A stretch of 64,000 nt of DNA from Bdellovibrio sp. (GCA_036676395.1 JAKFCY010000002.1:2624001-2688000), one strand, 5' to 3'. Shown: positions 37,822 through 47,805, numbered from the stretch's first letter. Program-made: numbers and translations. Notes: generated from the letters alone by a model not told the origin.

Positions 37822-38268
37822 CTATTTTTTGATAAATTTTTGTAGATTGGTTTTAAATTCTTCGTTGTCGGCGGCTGGAACGTTTTTGCGGTCCATGGTT
37901 ACGCGAATTTCTTTTACCGCGCCGGCTGAAAATTTTTGATTTACGGTATTTTTTATAGTCTCAGACATAAAATTAATTTGCGTTAACCATGTCGAGTTTT
38001 TAACCCACAAAGTTAATACACCCTGATGAAATGAAACCGGTTCGCAGTGCTGTGCCGTTGTTGGACCGACGATGTCTTTCCAGTTCATCCAAAGCTTCCA
38101 GCGTAAAAACTGATCGGCCATGTGATCAATGCTGAAATCTTGTTTTTTCCATGACGAACCAGTGGCATCTTTTTTAAAACCTAATGAAGTTTTACCTTGC
38201 CCTGAAAGCAAGCTCTGTAGCACTTCTGCGCTGGTTTTGAATTTTGGTTTACGGTCTCGTTCGCTCAC
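37822..38268 (-). CDS. DUF721/DciA-like protein
   Basis: WKDIVGP..AQHCEPV....GVLTLWVKNSTWLTQINF pattern; GTG start inferred. Confidence 0.75.
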   Translation of the reverse strand: MSERDRKPKFKTSAEVLQSLLSGQGKTSLGFKKDATGSSWKKQDFSIDHMADQFLRWKLWMNWKDIVGPTTAQHCEPVSFHQGVLTLWVKNSTWLTQINFMSETIKNTVNQKFSAGAVKEIRVTMDRKNVPAADNEEFKTNLQKFIKK

Positions 38269-38327
38269 ACAAAAACTGTATCCTATCCCCTTGCTTTTTG
38301 CGATGGGAAAGCTTAGTTTTCGCAACT

Positions 38328-39719
38328 ATGCAAAGTGTAGAAAAAAATAGCCTGCTCAACAAAACAATTACCGTGGTCGGTGCTGGCTTAGCGGGCAGCG
38401 AATGTGCCCTACAACTAGCCGATCTTGGATACAAAGTGGATTTAATCGAAATGAGAGGCGTCAAACAAACTCCCGCTCATAAAACTGACCATTTTGCAGA
38501 ACTTGTTTGCTCGAATTCTTTTGGCAGCATGGGAGAAATCTCTGCCCCCGGCCAATTAAAATGGGAAGCCGAAAAATTAAATTCATATATTTTAAAACAC
38601 GCCAAAGCCGCTTTTGTTCCTGCAGGCCAAGCGTTAGGAATTGACCGCGAGCGTTTTGCCCAAGCTATCACCGAAGAAGTGGCTAAAAATCCAAACATCA
38701 CAGTTAAACGTGAAGTTATCACTTCGCTTGATCAAATTCCAAGACCTGCCGTTATTGCCACAGGACCCCTAACTGATGAAGCCTTAGCCCAAAGTTTACA
38801 AAAACATTTCGGCGATGAGTTTTTATATTTCTTCGATGCCATCGCACCGATCATCGACGCCGACAGCATCAACACAGACATTGCCTGGAAAGCTAATCGC
38901 TACGACAAAGTCGCAGAAACTATCGATGCTTCTCAAGGTGATTATTACAACTGCCCGATGGACAAAGAACAATACAATGCGTTCATCCAGGCGATCACCG
39001 ACGCTAAAAAAATTGAACCCAAACATTTTGAAACTACAGATTTTTTCGAAGGCTGCATGCCAATTGAAACAATGGTCGAACGCGGCCCACAAACACCACG
39101 CTTTGGCCCGATGAAACCGGTGGGTTTGGATAATCCTAAAACAGGAAAGTACCCGTACGCTGTCGTACAGCTTCGCCAAGACAACAAAGAAGGCACAGCC
39201 TATAACATCGTAGGATTTCAAACTCGCATGGCTTACGGCGAACAAACGCGCGTATTCAGAATGATTCCCGGTTTAGAAAATGCAGAATTTTTAAAACTAG
39301 GCAGCATTCATAGAAACATGTTTATCAATTCGCCAAAAAGATTAAACAAAGATCTTTCAAGTAAAAATGACCCGTTCTTATTTTTCGCAGGGCAAATCAC
39401 CGGCGTTGAAGGTTATTTCGAATCGACATGCATAGGCTTATTAGTAGCTAAGTTCTTAGATCAAAAATTAATGGATCAACAGTTCTCACCACCTCCACGC
39501 GCATCAGCACTGGGTTCATTAATGGAAGCCATCACAGATAGCTTTCGCATCACTGACTTTCAACCGACGAATATTAATTTTGGCTTACTTCCGCCAATTG
39601 ATCCAGCAACCTTAGACGAAGAAACACGTAAACTAATCAAGACAGACAAAAAATTAAAAAAGACCCTACAAATAAAAAAAGCCCAGGAAGCATTAACCAC
39701 CTGGGCGAATTTTAACTAA
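38328..39719 (+). CDS. trmFO: FAD/folate-dependent tRNA (uracil-5-)-methyltransferase
   Basis: VVGAGLAGSECA, AELVCSNSF, FFDAIAP, GPMKPVGL and AGQITGVEGYFES motifs. Confidence 0.95.
   Translation: MQSVEKNSLLNKTITVVGAGLAGSECALQLADLGYKVDLIEMRGVKQTPAHKTDHFAELVCSNSFGSMGEISAPGQLKWEAEKLNSYILKHAKAAFVPAGQALGIDRERFAQAITEEVAKNPNITVKREVITSLDQIPRPAVIATGPLTDEALAQSLQKHFGDEFLYFFDAIAPIIDADSINTDIAWKANRYDKVAETIDASQGDYYNCPMDKEQYNAFIQAITDAKKIEPKHFETTDFFEGCMPIETMVERGPQTPRFGPMKPVGLDNPKTGKYPYAVVQLRQDNKEGTAYNIVGFQTRMAYGEQTRVFRMIPGLENAEFLKLGSIHRNMFINSPKRLNKDLSSKNDPFLFFAGQITGVEGYFESTCIGLLVAKFLDQKLMDQQFSPPPRASALGSLMEAITDSFRITDFQPTNINFGLLPPIDPATLDEETRKLIKTDKKLKKTLQIKKAQEALTTWANFN
39674..39706 (-). terminator. Possible terminator for the PLD gene embedded in the trmFO 3' end
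   Basis: GCCCAGG-N12-CCTGGGC followed by T7 on the minus strand. Confidence 0.5.
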
Positions 39720-39736
39720 ATTTTCCCATCCCTTGA

Positions 39737-39794
39737 TCTGACGGCACGATGCCGTCAGAAGCATCAGCAGGATGCGAGCTCCGATGAAAGAGCT
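39737..39794. repeat. Three tandem GC-rich hairpins (REP-like) between convergent genes
   Basis: TCTGACGGCA-cga-TGCCGTCAGA; GCATC-agcag-GATGC; AGCTC-N8-GAGCT. Confidence 0.55.
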
Positions 39795-39800
39795 TTGTAA

Positions 39801-42398
39801 TTAAAGAACCTTGAACAAGTCATCGAACGAATTCGATAAACCATTCATTTCACGCTCTAACCATTGCTCTTCTGGATTATTTTGCGCACCATGGCCACCA
39901 CCAACTTGTTCAACTTGGTCGAATTCGCTGCGAAAGTTTACGATACGGTACGTATCAACAGAAACGCGTTGGCCGATATCGTCGATAGTTTTTAACATCT
40001 CAGCGATACGCTCTGGAGTAAAACGAGACTGACGGATTTCAGTCGCATTCATCACACCAGATTTATTAGGATCAGCTGCATTATGACAGCTAGATTTTTT
40101 ATCCCAACGGCAGATCATAGCACCTAAGATCATGTTGTTCTCGGCTTTTAACTGAGCGTTTTGCATGAACGCATATTCACGCGTCATGTTTTTAGTTCTT
40201 TTTGAATCGCCGATTAAACGATCAATAAACTGAACATAGTCACGATTAAGATCATGCGCATTTCTGATGAAAACTGCATTGTTTGTATCCATTGCATAAG
40301 AACGAGTATCTGCATTTGCAGAACCGATAATCATATCATCACCAAGTAATGATAATTTAGTATGTAAAGAAACACCTAAACCAGCACCTTCAGCATTGTA
40401 TTCAAAGTAATCTAAAGTAGGAAAGAAACGACGTTCTTTGTTTTTCTTAACGTACTCTTGCAGACCAGCATAACGGCTAAATAATTGGTTCATTTGGTAA
40501 CGTGAGAAAATGTTGATTACATTTAAATCTGTTGTCGCAAATGAGTTTGTTAATAACGTTACACGTACGCGCGAACAATCACCGTAGTCACCGTTAAGCA
40601 TCTTGGCAATCTTGTGGATTAAACCAGATGGCATAAATAAGTAAGCCGTGTGCAATACAACGCGTACATCTTTATTTTGTTTTTTGCTTGTGTAACATGC
40701 GTTTTCTAAACCACGGTACCACAAGGCATGGATGTTTTTATTATAGAATTTTTCGCCACCGATTCTTGAACCAGCACGACGAACGATATCTTCATCTTTT
40801 TTAGCTTTTACATTAAACGAAGTGTTCTCTACGTAATAAACTTCTGAAGAACGTAAGTCATTTGTAGATAAGTTACCAACGTTTGCAGACCAAGCCGCAC
40901 CTTTAACATTATCACGCATAACTTTTTTACCGTTACGAGCGTAATTATTAGTGTAGTTAGTCACTGATTCTTCTAAAGCCTGTTTTGCTGCAGCTACACG
41001 AGTCGCTGAAGAAACATATTTAGCTGATGAACGCATTGCTGATTTAACACAGTTTTCTACGCTCATAGTTAATTTGCCAGCTTGTGCCTGAGCCATACAG
41101 CCCATTGCGGCTTCACCTAAAGCTTCATTATTCATAATTAGATCAGCAGGGATTACACGTTGAACTTCAGATAATGGAGCAACCATTTCGCGAAAGTTAA
41201 AAGTTCTATCGTATGATTTTTCAATCGCTGCGATTCCGCCCGGAGCCGTTTGCCCGCGGAAGTCAGTATCCATGAAAATATATTTGCCTTTTGCTTTTTC
41301 GCCGGCTTTTGGCGGAACGCGAGATTTCATGTGGTAAGAATCTTCTACGTTACGGCCACCTAATTGAAATTCACGGCCATCGACAGCTACTAACTTATGA
41401 TGTGTGTAATCTGTTAAGTGATCCCACTCTTGCGCGTGAGTTGTTTTTTTACCAGGTAATGTTTCGCGCTCAGAGGCTAACGGAATACGACCAGATAATT
41501 CATTCACGATTGGATTTAATTCTTCACCGTACATGAACATAGCGATTGTTAATTTGATCATCGCGCCGATGTTACCTTTAACTTTAGCTTCGTAGTAAAG
41601 TTTTAAGAATTCCATCATACGGGCCATGTCTTCTTCAGAAGTCTCAGCACCGCTGGCTTTTAACTTAGCCGGGTCAATTTGACCGCCAAGGCCTAAAGCA
41701 ATTTTCATCGCTGTTGCATTTTTGCTGTATAGACCTGCTAAAAATAAACTAGAAAAGAACGTTGGATTGTTCGGATTCAAAGTTTTCATCGTAGCTTCTT
41801 TAGAACGTTTACAAGTGTCTGAATCTGGCTTAGCTACTGCCGGACACGGTAAAGTCATATAGACTGCATCTTGCTGGATGCGGATCGATGGAAAGTTGTA
41901 GAAACGGATGTCGATGTTTCCACGGCCTTCTTGCGCCATCATTTGAAAAAAGTCTACTCTGCCGTAGCTTGTGATAAAATCTACTAATAGGCTAACTTTT
42001 ACGTTTCTTTGAGTAGCCGCTTTAATTAATTCTGAAGTGATGATTGAAGATGAATCATCATCAGCATAAATAAAGTAAGACATACGGATCGAACGCGTCG
42101 CTGATCTGATCATGTTAACTTTAGAATCAAATGAGGCATCGTTATCGATTAAAATTTCGCCTTCAGTTAAAGCTAATTTTCCTGAAGTAGCACGTTTTGC
42201 CACTGTCTCAGAATCAAGCTCACGTGCACGTGTGTTGCCGCTGAAATCTTCAGTTTTAGTTCTGAATAGATCTGCGATGTCACTCCAGAAATCACTGGCA
42301 ACTTCGCGATCAGGTCCTTTTTGTGCTGATATACAAGATACAACACCCAACGAAAGAGCTAGCGATAAACTGGCTAGCACTACAAACTTCTTGTTCAT
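39801..42398 (-). CDS. Phospholipase D superfamily lipoprotein (ClsC/YmdC-like, enlarged)
   Basis: HHKLVAVD...GGRN and HTKLSLLGDD...GSAN HKD motifs; VVSC lipobox. Confidence 0.87.
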   Translation of the reverse strand: MNKKFVVLASLSLALSLGVVSCISAQKGPDREVASDFWSDIADLFRTKTEDFSGNTRARELDSETVAKRATSGKLALTEGEILIDNDASFDSKVNMIRSATRSIRMSYFIYADDDSSSIITSELIKAATQRNVKVSLLVDFITSYGRVDFFQMMAQEGRGNIDIRFYNFPSIRIQQDAVYMTLPCPAVAKPDSDTCKRSKEATMKTLNPNNPTFFSSLFLAGLYSKNATAMKIALGLGGQIDPAKLKASGAETSEEDMARMMEFLKLYYEAKVKGNIGAMIKLTIAMFMYGEELNPIVNELSGRIPLASERETLPGKKTTHAQEWDHLTDYTHHKLVAVDGREFQLGGRNVEDSYHMKSRVPPKAGEKAKGKYIFMDTDFRGQTAPGGIAAIEKSYDRTFNFREMVAPLSEVQRVIPADLIMNNEALGEAAMGCMAQAQAGKLTMSVENCVKSAMRSSAKYVSSATRVAAAKQALEESVTNYTNNYARNGKKVMRDNVKGAAWSANVGNLSTNDLRSSEVYYVENTSFNVKAKKDEDIVRRAGSRIGGEKFYNKNIHALWYRGLENACYTSKKQNKDVRVVLHTAYLFMPSGLIHKIAKMLNGDYGDCSRVRVTLLTNSFATTDLNVINIFSRYQMNQLFSRYAGLQEYVKKNKERRFFPTLDYFEYNAEGAGLGVSLHTKLSLLGDDMIIGSANADTRSYAMDTNNAVFIRNAHDLNRDYVQFIDRLIGDSKRTKNMTREYAFMQNAQLKAENNMILGAMICRWDKKSSCHNAADPNKSGVMNATEIRQSRFTPERIAEMLKTIDDIGQRVSVDTYRIVNFRSEFDQVEQVGGGHGAQNNPEEQWLEREMNGLSNSFDDLFKVL

Positions 42399-42481
42399 AA
42401 TAAAAATCCCCTTGTCTTATAAAATAATAAGCAGACTTTTTTATTCTAGAACAACGTTTGAATGTTTAAAGACAATTTCTT

Positions 42482-43090
42482 TTAACCAAGCCCAATGTCT
42501 GTTCCAAAGCTAGACTTTGGTATGACTACAGTTGTGTCAGCACAGATTAACACTGGACTAAAGTGTTGGCGACAACGCGCCTCGTAGTTATCTTGCGAAC
42601 CAATTTCAATTTGCGAAGAGCTTCCGCGAAGTTTTTGCGTGTATGAAGCAAGGCTTCCGCAAACTGTACAAATTGCTCTTGGCTTAGAGACATCTTCAGC
42701 AATGGCCATAAGAGTTGGAATTGGTTCAAAAGGCTGACCCTTCCAATCCATATCAAGGCCCGCAATAATCACGCGTAAGCCGCGCGCTGCAAGGTCTTTA
42801 GCAATAGCGATGAAATCCTGAGATAAAAATTGGCCCTCGTCGAAACCTACAACTTGCGTATCTGCATGCAGGTGATCCCACACATCGTGAATCGATTTTA
42901 ACGGGATCGCATTCATTTGATTTTGATCATGCGAAGAAACATTGGTTTCATGATAACGGTTATCTAAAGCAGGTTTAAACACTTGAGTTTTTTGTTTGGC
43001 GAATTGCGCGCGACGAACACGTTTAATTAACTCTTCTGTTTTTCCGCTGTACATAGAACCCGCGATAACTTCAATCCAACCTAATTGCAT
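42482..43090 (-). CDS. tdk: Thymidine kinase
   Basis: GSMYSGKTEELI, FDEGQF, AGLD, CTVCG and YEARCR motifs; ATG at 43090 after GAGGGG. Confidence 0.94.
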   Translation of the reverse strand: MQLGWIEVIAGSMYSGKTEELIKRVRRAQFAKQKTQVFKPALDNRYHETNVSSHDQNQMNAIPLKSIHDVWDHLHADTQVVGFDEGQFLSQDFIAIAKDLAARGLRVIIAGLDMDWKGQPFEPIPTLMAIAEDVSKPRAICTVCGSLASYTQKLRGSSSQIEIGSQDNYEARCRQHFSPVLICADTTVVIPKSSFGTDIGLG

Positions 43091-43102
43091 AGTATTCCCC
43101 TC

Positions 43103-43115
43103 GTGACCGATACCC
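43103..43115 (+). repeat. Motif copy 6, GTGACCGATACCC (13 nt), in the tdk leader
   Basis: Shares the 15-mer TCGTGACCGATACCC with copy 1. Confidence 0.55.
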
Positions 43116-43195
43116 AAATTCTCACAGGTAATTTTCGAAGTTTCCAGAAGGAAATTTTTGCACGATGTGTCTGAAAATCGGTGAAAAGGCCTATA

Positions 43196-43211
43196 GGCTA
43201 CTTGAGTGCCA
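43196..43211 (-). promoter_or_regulatory. Candidate sigma54 promoter upstream of tdk
   Basis: Minus strand TGGCACTCAAGTAGCC with GG-N10-GC spacing. Confidence 0.45.
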
Positions 43212-43286
43212 ATATAAGTAACATTTGTATTTTGTAATTTTTCAGCGTGCCTATCGAGACAGAATTGGTCTAAAAACTGCCTATTA

Positions 43287-44624
43287 ATGAAGATTAAATC
43301 ATTGGCCTTCACACTCCTGCTGTTCTTTTTGACACTGGTTATTTTTATAACCAACGGTTGTCATGGGGTTTATTTAAATGAAACAAAAGCAGCCTCTAGC
43401 GTTTCTGCTGCGACTGTAAAAATCGGTCTTCACAGAGACCGTAAAGGCCAAAGCATCGATGAAGCTTTAGTAAAATCATTTATCAAAGACTATGATTTAA
43501 AAGTTGAAATCACATCATACACCTCATTTGAAAGTTTAAATTCTGATTTCGAAAATAAAAAAATCGACATGGTGATTACACGCACATCTTCTCGCCACAC
43601 TCGTTCTTTTTCATTACAAAGCCCGGCGTATGATGATTTACAAATTTCTTTATTTTGTAAAAAATCTGAAAATATCTCGCAGGTTTTTGTGCCGGCAAAG
43701 TTAGAATTTGTTTTAGCAGAACTTATGGTGGCGGCGCCTGAATTGTATGACCGTATTACTTTGGTAGACAACACTTTTGAAGCGATCGCTGAACAATCAT
43801 TTCAGACTAAAAATTCTTGTTTTCTGGCAGAAAGTAAATTTAACAAAACCAGCCAGGTTGAAAATAGAAAATATGCTAAAGCCTGGACCAGCGAAAATAT
43901 TTATCCTCTGGCTTGGCTAATCAATAAAGATGCCGATGATCTTAATAAGTTAGTGCAAATCTGGTTTCAAAAATTAATTCGCGAAAACAAGATGGTGCGC
44001 TTCAAAGACCAATACGATGCTCCGTTTTATAAGATGTCGTTATTAGAATACAAACAGTTCAAAAGCGACGTTAAAACTAAGCTTCCACAGTGGAAAAAAT
44101 ATTTTCAAAAGTATTCTGAAAAGTATCAGGTACCTTGGTTATTGATCGCCGCCGTGGCCTATCAAGAGTCACGCTGGGAGCCCGATGCTACAAGTTACAC
44201 GGGCGTTAAAGGCTTTATGCAGCTGACCTCGGCGACGGCTCAACACTTAGGTGTGACAGATCGCGAAGACCCGATTCAAAGTATTCAAGGTGGATCATTT
44301 TACATGCAGTATTTGTATGACAAAATGCCTGCACGAATCACCCGCTTTGAACGCTGGATTCAAGCTTTGGCTTCTTACAATGCGGGATATGCCCATTTGC
44401 GTGATATTCACCGACTGGCGAAAGTTCGCGGTGTCGACCCGTATCGCTGGAAGAATTTAAAGATTTTATTGCCTGAATTATCGAATGAAGAAAATTTAGA
44501 TATTTTTCTTTATGGTTTAGCTCGTGGTGAAGAAACGGTCGATTTTATCGAAAACGTTCTGACTTACCACGAGGCCTTAACTCATCTTTTTACTCAACCG
44601 TTACCGACTTCGCGAGATTTCTAG
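43287..44624 (+). CDS. mltF: MltF-like membrane-bound lytic murein transglycosylase
   Basis: Substrate-binding-like N-domain; AAVAYQESRW, GFMQL, ASYNAGYAH and ARGEETV motifs. Confidence 0.88.
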   Translation: MKIKSLAFTLLLFFLTLVIFITNGCHGVYLNETKAASSVSAATVKIGLHRDRKGQSIDEALVKSFIKDYDLKVEITSYTSFESLNSDFENKKIDMVITRTSSRHTRSFSLQSPAYDDLQISLFCKKSENISQVFVPAKLEFVLAELMVAAPELYDRITLVDNTFEAIAEQSFQTKNSCFLAESKFNKTSQVENRKYAKAWTSENIYPLAWLINKDADDLNKLVQIWFQKLIRENKMVRFKDQYDAPFYKMSLLEYKQFKSDVKTKLPQWKKYFQKYSEKYQVPWLLIAAVAYQESRWEPDATSYTGVKGFMQLTSATAQHLGVTDREDPIQSIQGGSFYMQYLYDKMPARITRFERWIQALASYNAGYAHLRDIHRLAKVRGVDPYRWKNLKILLPELSNEENLDIFLYGLARGEETVDFIENVLTYHEALTHLFTQPLPTSRDF

Positions 44625-46422
44625 GTTGATCCACATCATAACCCAAATGATCTGCTAAGTGGTAAGCCATCAATTGTAATGGCACGACCGCGATTAATGG
44701 ATTTGTTGTCCATAACGCTTTCGGAAGCGAAAGATAAAACTCACTCATTGATTTTAAACCTTCATTTTCGCCAGTGCCGATAGAAATGATTTTTCCACCG
44801 CGGGCTTTAGCTTCTTGTAAATTACTGATCGTTTTATCAATCAGATCATCACTTGGAGCAACCACCACAATCGCCATGTCTTTATCAATCAATGCTAGCG
44901 GCCCATGCTTCATTTCGCCAGCGGCATAACCTTCAGCGTGCATATAAGCTAATTCTTTAAGTTTCAAAGCGCCTTCTAAAGCAATCGGAAAACTTACGCC
45001 GCGGCCTAAGAATAAAAAGCCTTTAAATTCACGAAGCTTAATGGCAGCTTCGTTAAAGTATTTATCATAAGCCAGTACTGTTTCCATTTGGCTAGGTACG
45101 GCTAATAAACTTTCAACAATCTGTTTTTCAGCTGCAGCCGTGATTCCGCCGCGCGCTTTAGCGATTTGCACCGCTAAAATATTTAACAATGACAATGTGC
45201 TTGAAAAAGCTTTAGTGCTGGCCACACCGACTTCAACGCCCGTGTTCATGTACATATGACCTAAAGCTTCGCGGTCAATTGAAGATTGCGCCACATTCGT
45301 GATGGATAAAGTTTGTGCCCCAAATTCTTTGGCTAATCGCACTGCAGCCAAAGTATCTGCCGTTTCACCACTTTGTGAAATAGTGATCACTAACGTGTTC
45401 GGTGGCAAAATCGGTTTACGGTAGCGAAATTCAGAGGCGATATCTGTTTCAACCGGAATTTTTGCGATTTGTTCGATAAGATATTTACCAACCATGGCTG
45501 CGTAATAACTTGTACCGCAGGCAATAAAAAATACGCGATCGATTTTTTTATACATTTCGGCAGTTTCATAACCGATATTTTTTAAATTGATTGAATGGGT
45601 GTCGGTATCGATAAACGGAGCAATCGCTTGCGCTACGGCACGCGGCTGTTCGTAAATTTCTTTTAACATGAAATGTTTAAAGCCTGCTTTTTCAACTTGG
45701 TCTTCTGACCAGTCGACAGTGACGATCTCTTTTTTGATCTCTTCACCTTGAGCGCTTAAAAATTTAATGTCAGAGCCATTGATGTGCACGATTTCACGGT
45801 CATTTAAATAAACGAATTTTTTTGTGTACTTAATAGCAGCTTGCACATCTGAAACTATGAAATGTTCTTTTTCGCCGATACCCGCAATTAATGGTGGGCC
45901 ATCTTTAAACGCGATTAATTCATTTGGAGATTTCTCCCACATCACTAAAATTGAAAACGCGCCGATGATTTTACCCAACGTATTTTTAACTGACTGAAGT
46001 AAATTCTGAGTTTTTTGAATATCTTCCCAGATTAAGTGAGCTACTAATTCAGAATCAGTGTCAGATTTAATCTCTGTGCCTTTTTTAATAAGCTCGGCTT
46101 TGATTTCTAAATAGTTTTCGATAATACCGTTGTGCACTAGGCTGATTTCACCAGCTTGGTGAGGATGAGCATTACGTTCATTTGGAGCGCCGTGCGTGGC
46201 CCAACGCGTGTGACCGATACCTAAGTGACCGTTAAAAGACTCAGAGATGATTTTTTCTTCTAAATTTTTTAACTTGCCTTGGGCACGTACGCGTTTGGTT
46301 TTGCCGTCATGAATAACTGCAATACCGGCGCTATCGTAACCGCGATATTCAAGTTTTTTTAAGCCATCAATAATAATTTTTTTAGGTTCTTGCGGCCCCA
46401 AGTAACCAACGATTCCACACAT
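44590..46422 (-). CDS. glmS: Glutamine-fructose-6-phosphate transaminase
   Basis: MCGIVG, GHTRWATHG and PRNLAKSVTVE motifs. Confidence 0.97.
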   Translation of the reverse strand: MCGIVGYLGPQEPKKIIIDGLKKLEYRGYDSAGIAVIHDGKTKRVRAQGKLKNLEEKIISESFNGHLGIGHTRWATHGAPNERNAHPHQAGEISLVHNGIIENYLEIKAELIKKGTEIKSDTDSELVAHLIWEDIQKTQNLLQSVKNTLGKIIGAFSILVMWEKSPNELIAFKDGPPLIAGIGEKEHFIVSDVQAAIKYTKKFVYLNDREIVHINGSDIKFLSAQGEEIKKEIVTVDWSEDQVEKAGFKHFMLKEIYEQPRAVAQAIAPFIDTDTHSINLKNIGYETAEMYKKIDRVFFIACGTSYYAAMVGKYLIEQIAKIPVETDIASEFRYRKPILPPNTLVITISQSGETADTLAAVRLAKEFGAQTLSITNVAQSSIDREALGHMYMNTGVEVGVASTKAFSSTLSLLNILAVQIAKARGGITAAAEKQIVESLLAVPSQMETVLAYDKYFNEAAIKLREFKGFLFLGRGVSFPIALEGALKLKELAYMHAEGYAAGEMKHGPLALIDKDMAIVVVAPSDDLIDKTISNLQEAKARGGKIISIGTGENEGLKSMSEFYLSLPKALWTTNPLIAVVPLQLMAYHLADHLGYDVDQPRNLAKSVTVE

Positions 46423-46428
46423 AGCGAA

Positions 46429-47805
46429 TTAATCCTTTTTACTTTTAAATTTTGCGGCGTAGCCTTCTTTGTTCTCTTGCTTGGTGCGACCAATAGCCAG
46501 AGCGCCTTCAGGTACGTTTTTCGTCACCGTCGTGCCAGATGCAATAATCGCATCAGCTCCAACTTCAACTGGAGCCACTAATTGCGAATCGCTTCCCACA
46601 AATACGCGGTCTTTTATAACCGTCTTATATTTTTTCTTATCTGCTGCGTAGTTACAGGTAATTGTCCCGCAACCAATGTTTACATCTTCGCCAATTTCAG
46701 CATCGCCAAGATATGTTAAATGCCCTGCTTTTGAATTTTTGCCGAAGTTTACTTTTTTAAGTTCAACGAAGTTACCGATATGGGCGTGTTCGCCGATTGT
46801 AGAATCGGGGCGAATGCGGGCATAAGGGCCAAGTTTTGCCTGCGACTTAATGACCGCTTGTTCGATGTAAGTTCCAGCCTTAATTTGCACGCCGTCTTGA
46901 ATAATTGCTTCTGAAATAAACGCATTCGGTTCAATCACGCAGAATGGGCCAACAGCTGTTTTACCACGAATAAAAACATTCGGATAAATCACGCTTCCAG
47001 CACCGATCACAACAGTTTCTTCAATGTAAGTTGATTGTGGATCTAAAATAATCACGCCTTCATTCATTAACTGATAACATTTTTGCACGTACACGTATTT
47101 TGTGGCTTCAGCTAATTCAGCTTGATTATTTACTCCGTGGGCTACGTGTTTGTTTTTTGTGACGATAGCGTCTACTTTGCAGTTATTTTCTAAAGCGATT
47201 GATATTAAATCTGTTAAATAAAATTCACCTTTAGAATTATTGTTTTTAATTTGCGGTAAAAACTTTTTAAGCAACGCTGCTTTAACAACGTACATGCCTG
47301 TATTTACTTCTTTGATTTTTAAAGTTTCTGCTGAGGCATCTTTTGCTTCAACGATGGCCTTAAGTTGATTGTTCTGGCGAATGACACGACCAAATGCTTT
47401 AGCATCATCTAATTCAACTGATACTACAGCTAAATCCAGTTGACGTTCGCGAAAATCTGTAATGAAACCTTTAATGTCTGCAGCCGTAATTAAGGGGTGA
47501 TCACCATTTAAAATAACAACATCACCTTCGATCGAATCGACTTGTGCCGATTTCACCGCATCACCTGTGCCTAATTGTTTTTCTTGCACATAAGTGGCTA
47601 CCCCTAAAGGTTCGACTACCGATTTTACTAAAGCTTGGCCATGGCCAACAACAAGGCGCACTTCTTCGATCTCAGCTTTTGCACATTGGGTTAAGATACG
47701 AACGATCATCGGTTGCCCCGAGACTGGATGTAAAGTCTTAGGTAAAGGGCTTTTCATCCGCGTGCCTTGGCCGCCAGCTAAAATAATTGCAGTCGTTTTA
47801 GTCAT
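46429..47805 (-). CDS. glmU: Bifunctional UDP-GlcNAc pyrophosphorylase/acetyltransferase
   Basis: LAGGQGTRMKS, QLGTGDAV and hexapeptide repeats; ATG at 47805 after GAGG. Confidence 0.96.
   Translation of the reverse strand: MTKTTAIILAGGQGTRMKSPLPKTLHPVSGQPMIVRILTQCAKAEIEEVRLVVGHGQALVKSVVEPLGVATYVQEKQLGTGDAVKSAQVDSIEGDVVILNGDHPLITAADIKGFITDFRERQLDLAVVSVELDDAKAFGRVIRQNNQLKAIVEAKDASAETLKIKEVNTGMYVVKAALLKKFLPQIKNNNSKGEFYLTDLISIALENNCKVDAIVTKNKHVAHGVNNQAELAEATKYVYVQKCYQLMNEGVIILDPQSTYIEETVVIGAGSVIYPNVFIRGKTAVGPFCVIEPNAFISEAIIQDGVQIKAGTYIEQAVIKSQAKLGPYARIRPDSTIGEHAHIGNFVELKKVNFGKNSKAGHLTYLGDAEIGEDVNIGCGTITCNYAADKKKYKTVIKDRVFVGSDSQLVAPVEVGADAIIASGTTVTKNVPEGALAIGRTKQENKEGYAAKFKSKKD

Noticed and set aside
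43091..43354. N-terminal extension of tdk in the ORF track (likewise for glmU, trmFO, pfkA, yacG, fliE and the DUF721 gene)
   Set aside because: Extensions overlap neighbouring genes or precede better downstream starts, and lack family-like sequence
44590..44624. 35-bp convergent overlap of mltF and glmS
   Set aside because: Short 3' overlaps recur in this compact window (also lgt, pabB and sua5); not unusual
46210..46221. 12-nt match GTGACCGATACC to the transposase motif inside glmS
   Set aside because: Encodes the conserved GIGH(TRWATHG) peptide of GlmS; explained by protein constraint
46423..46428. glmS ribozyme
   Set aside because: glmS follows glmU after 6 nt; there is no leader
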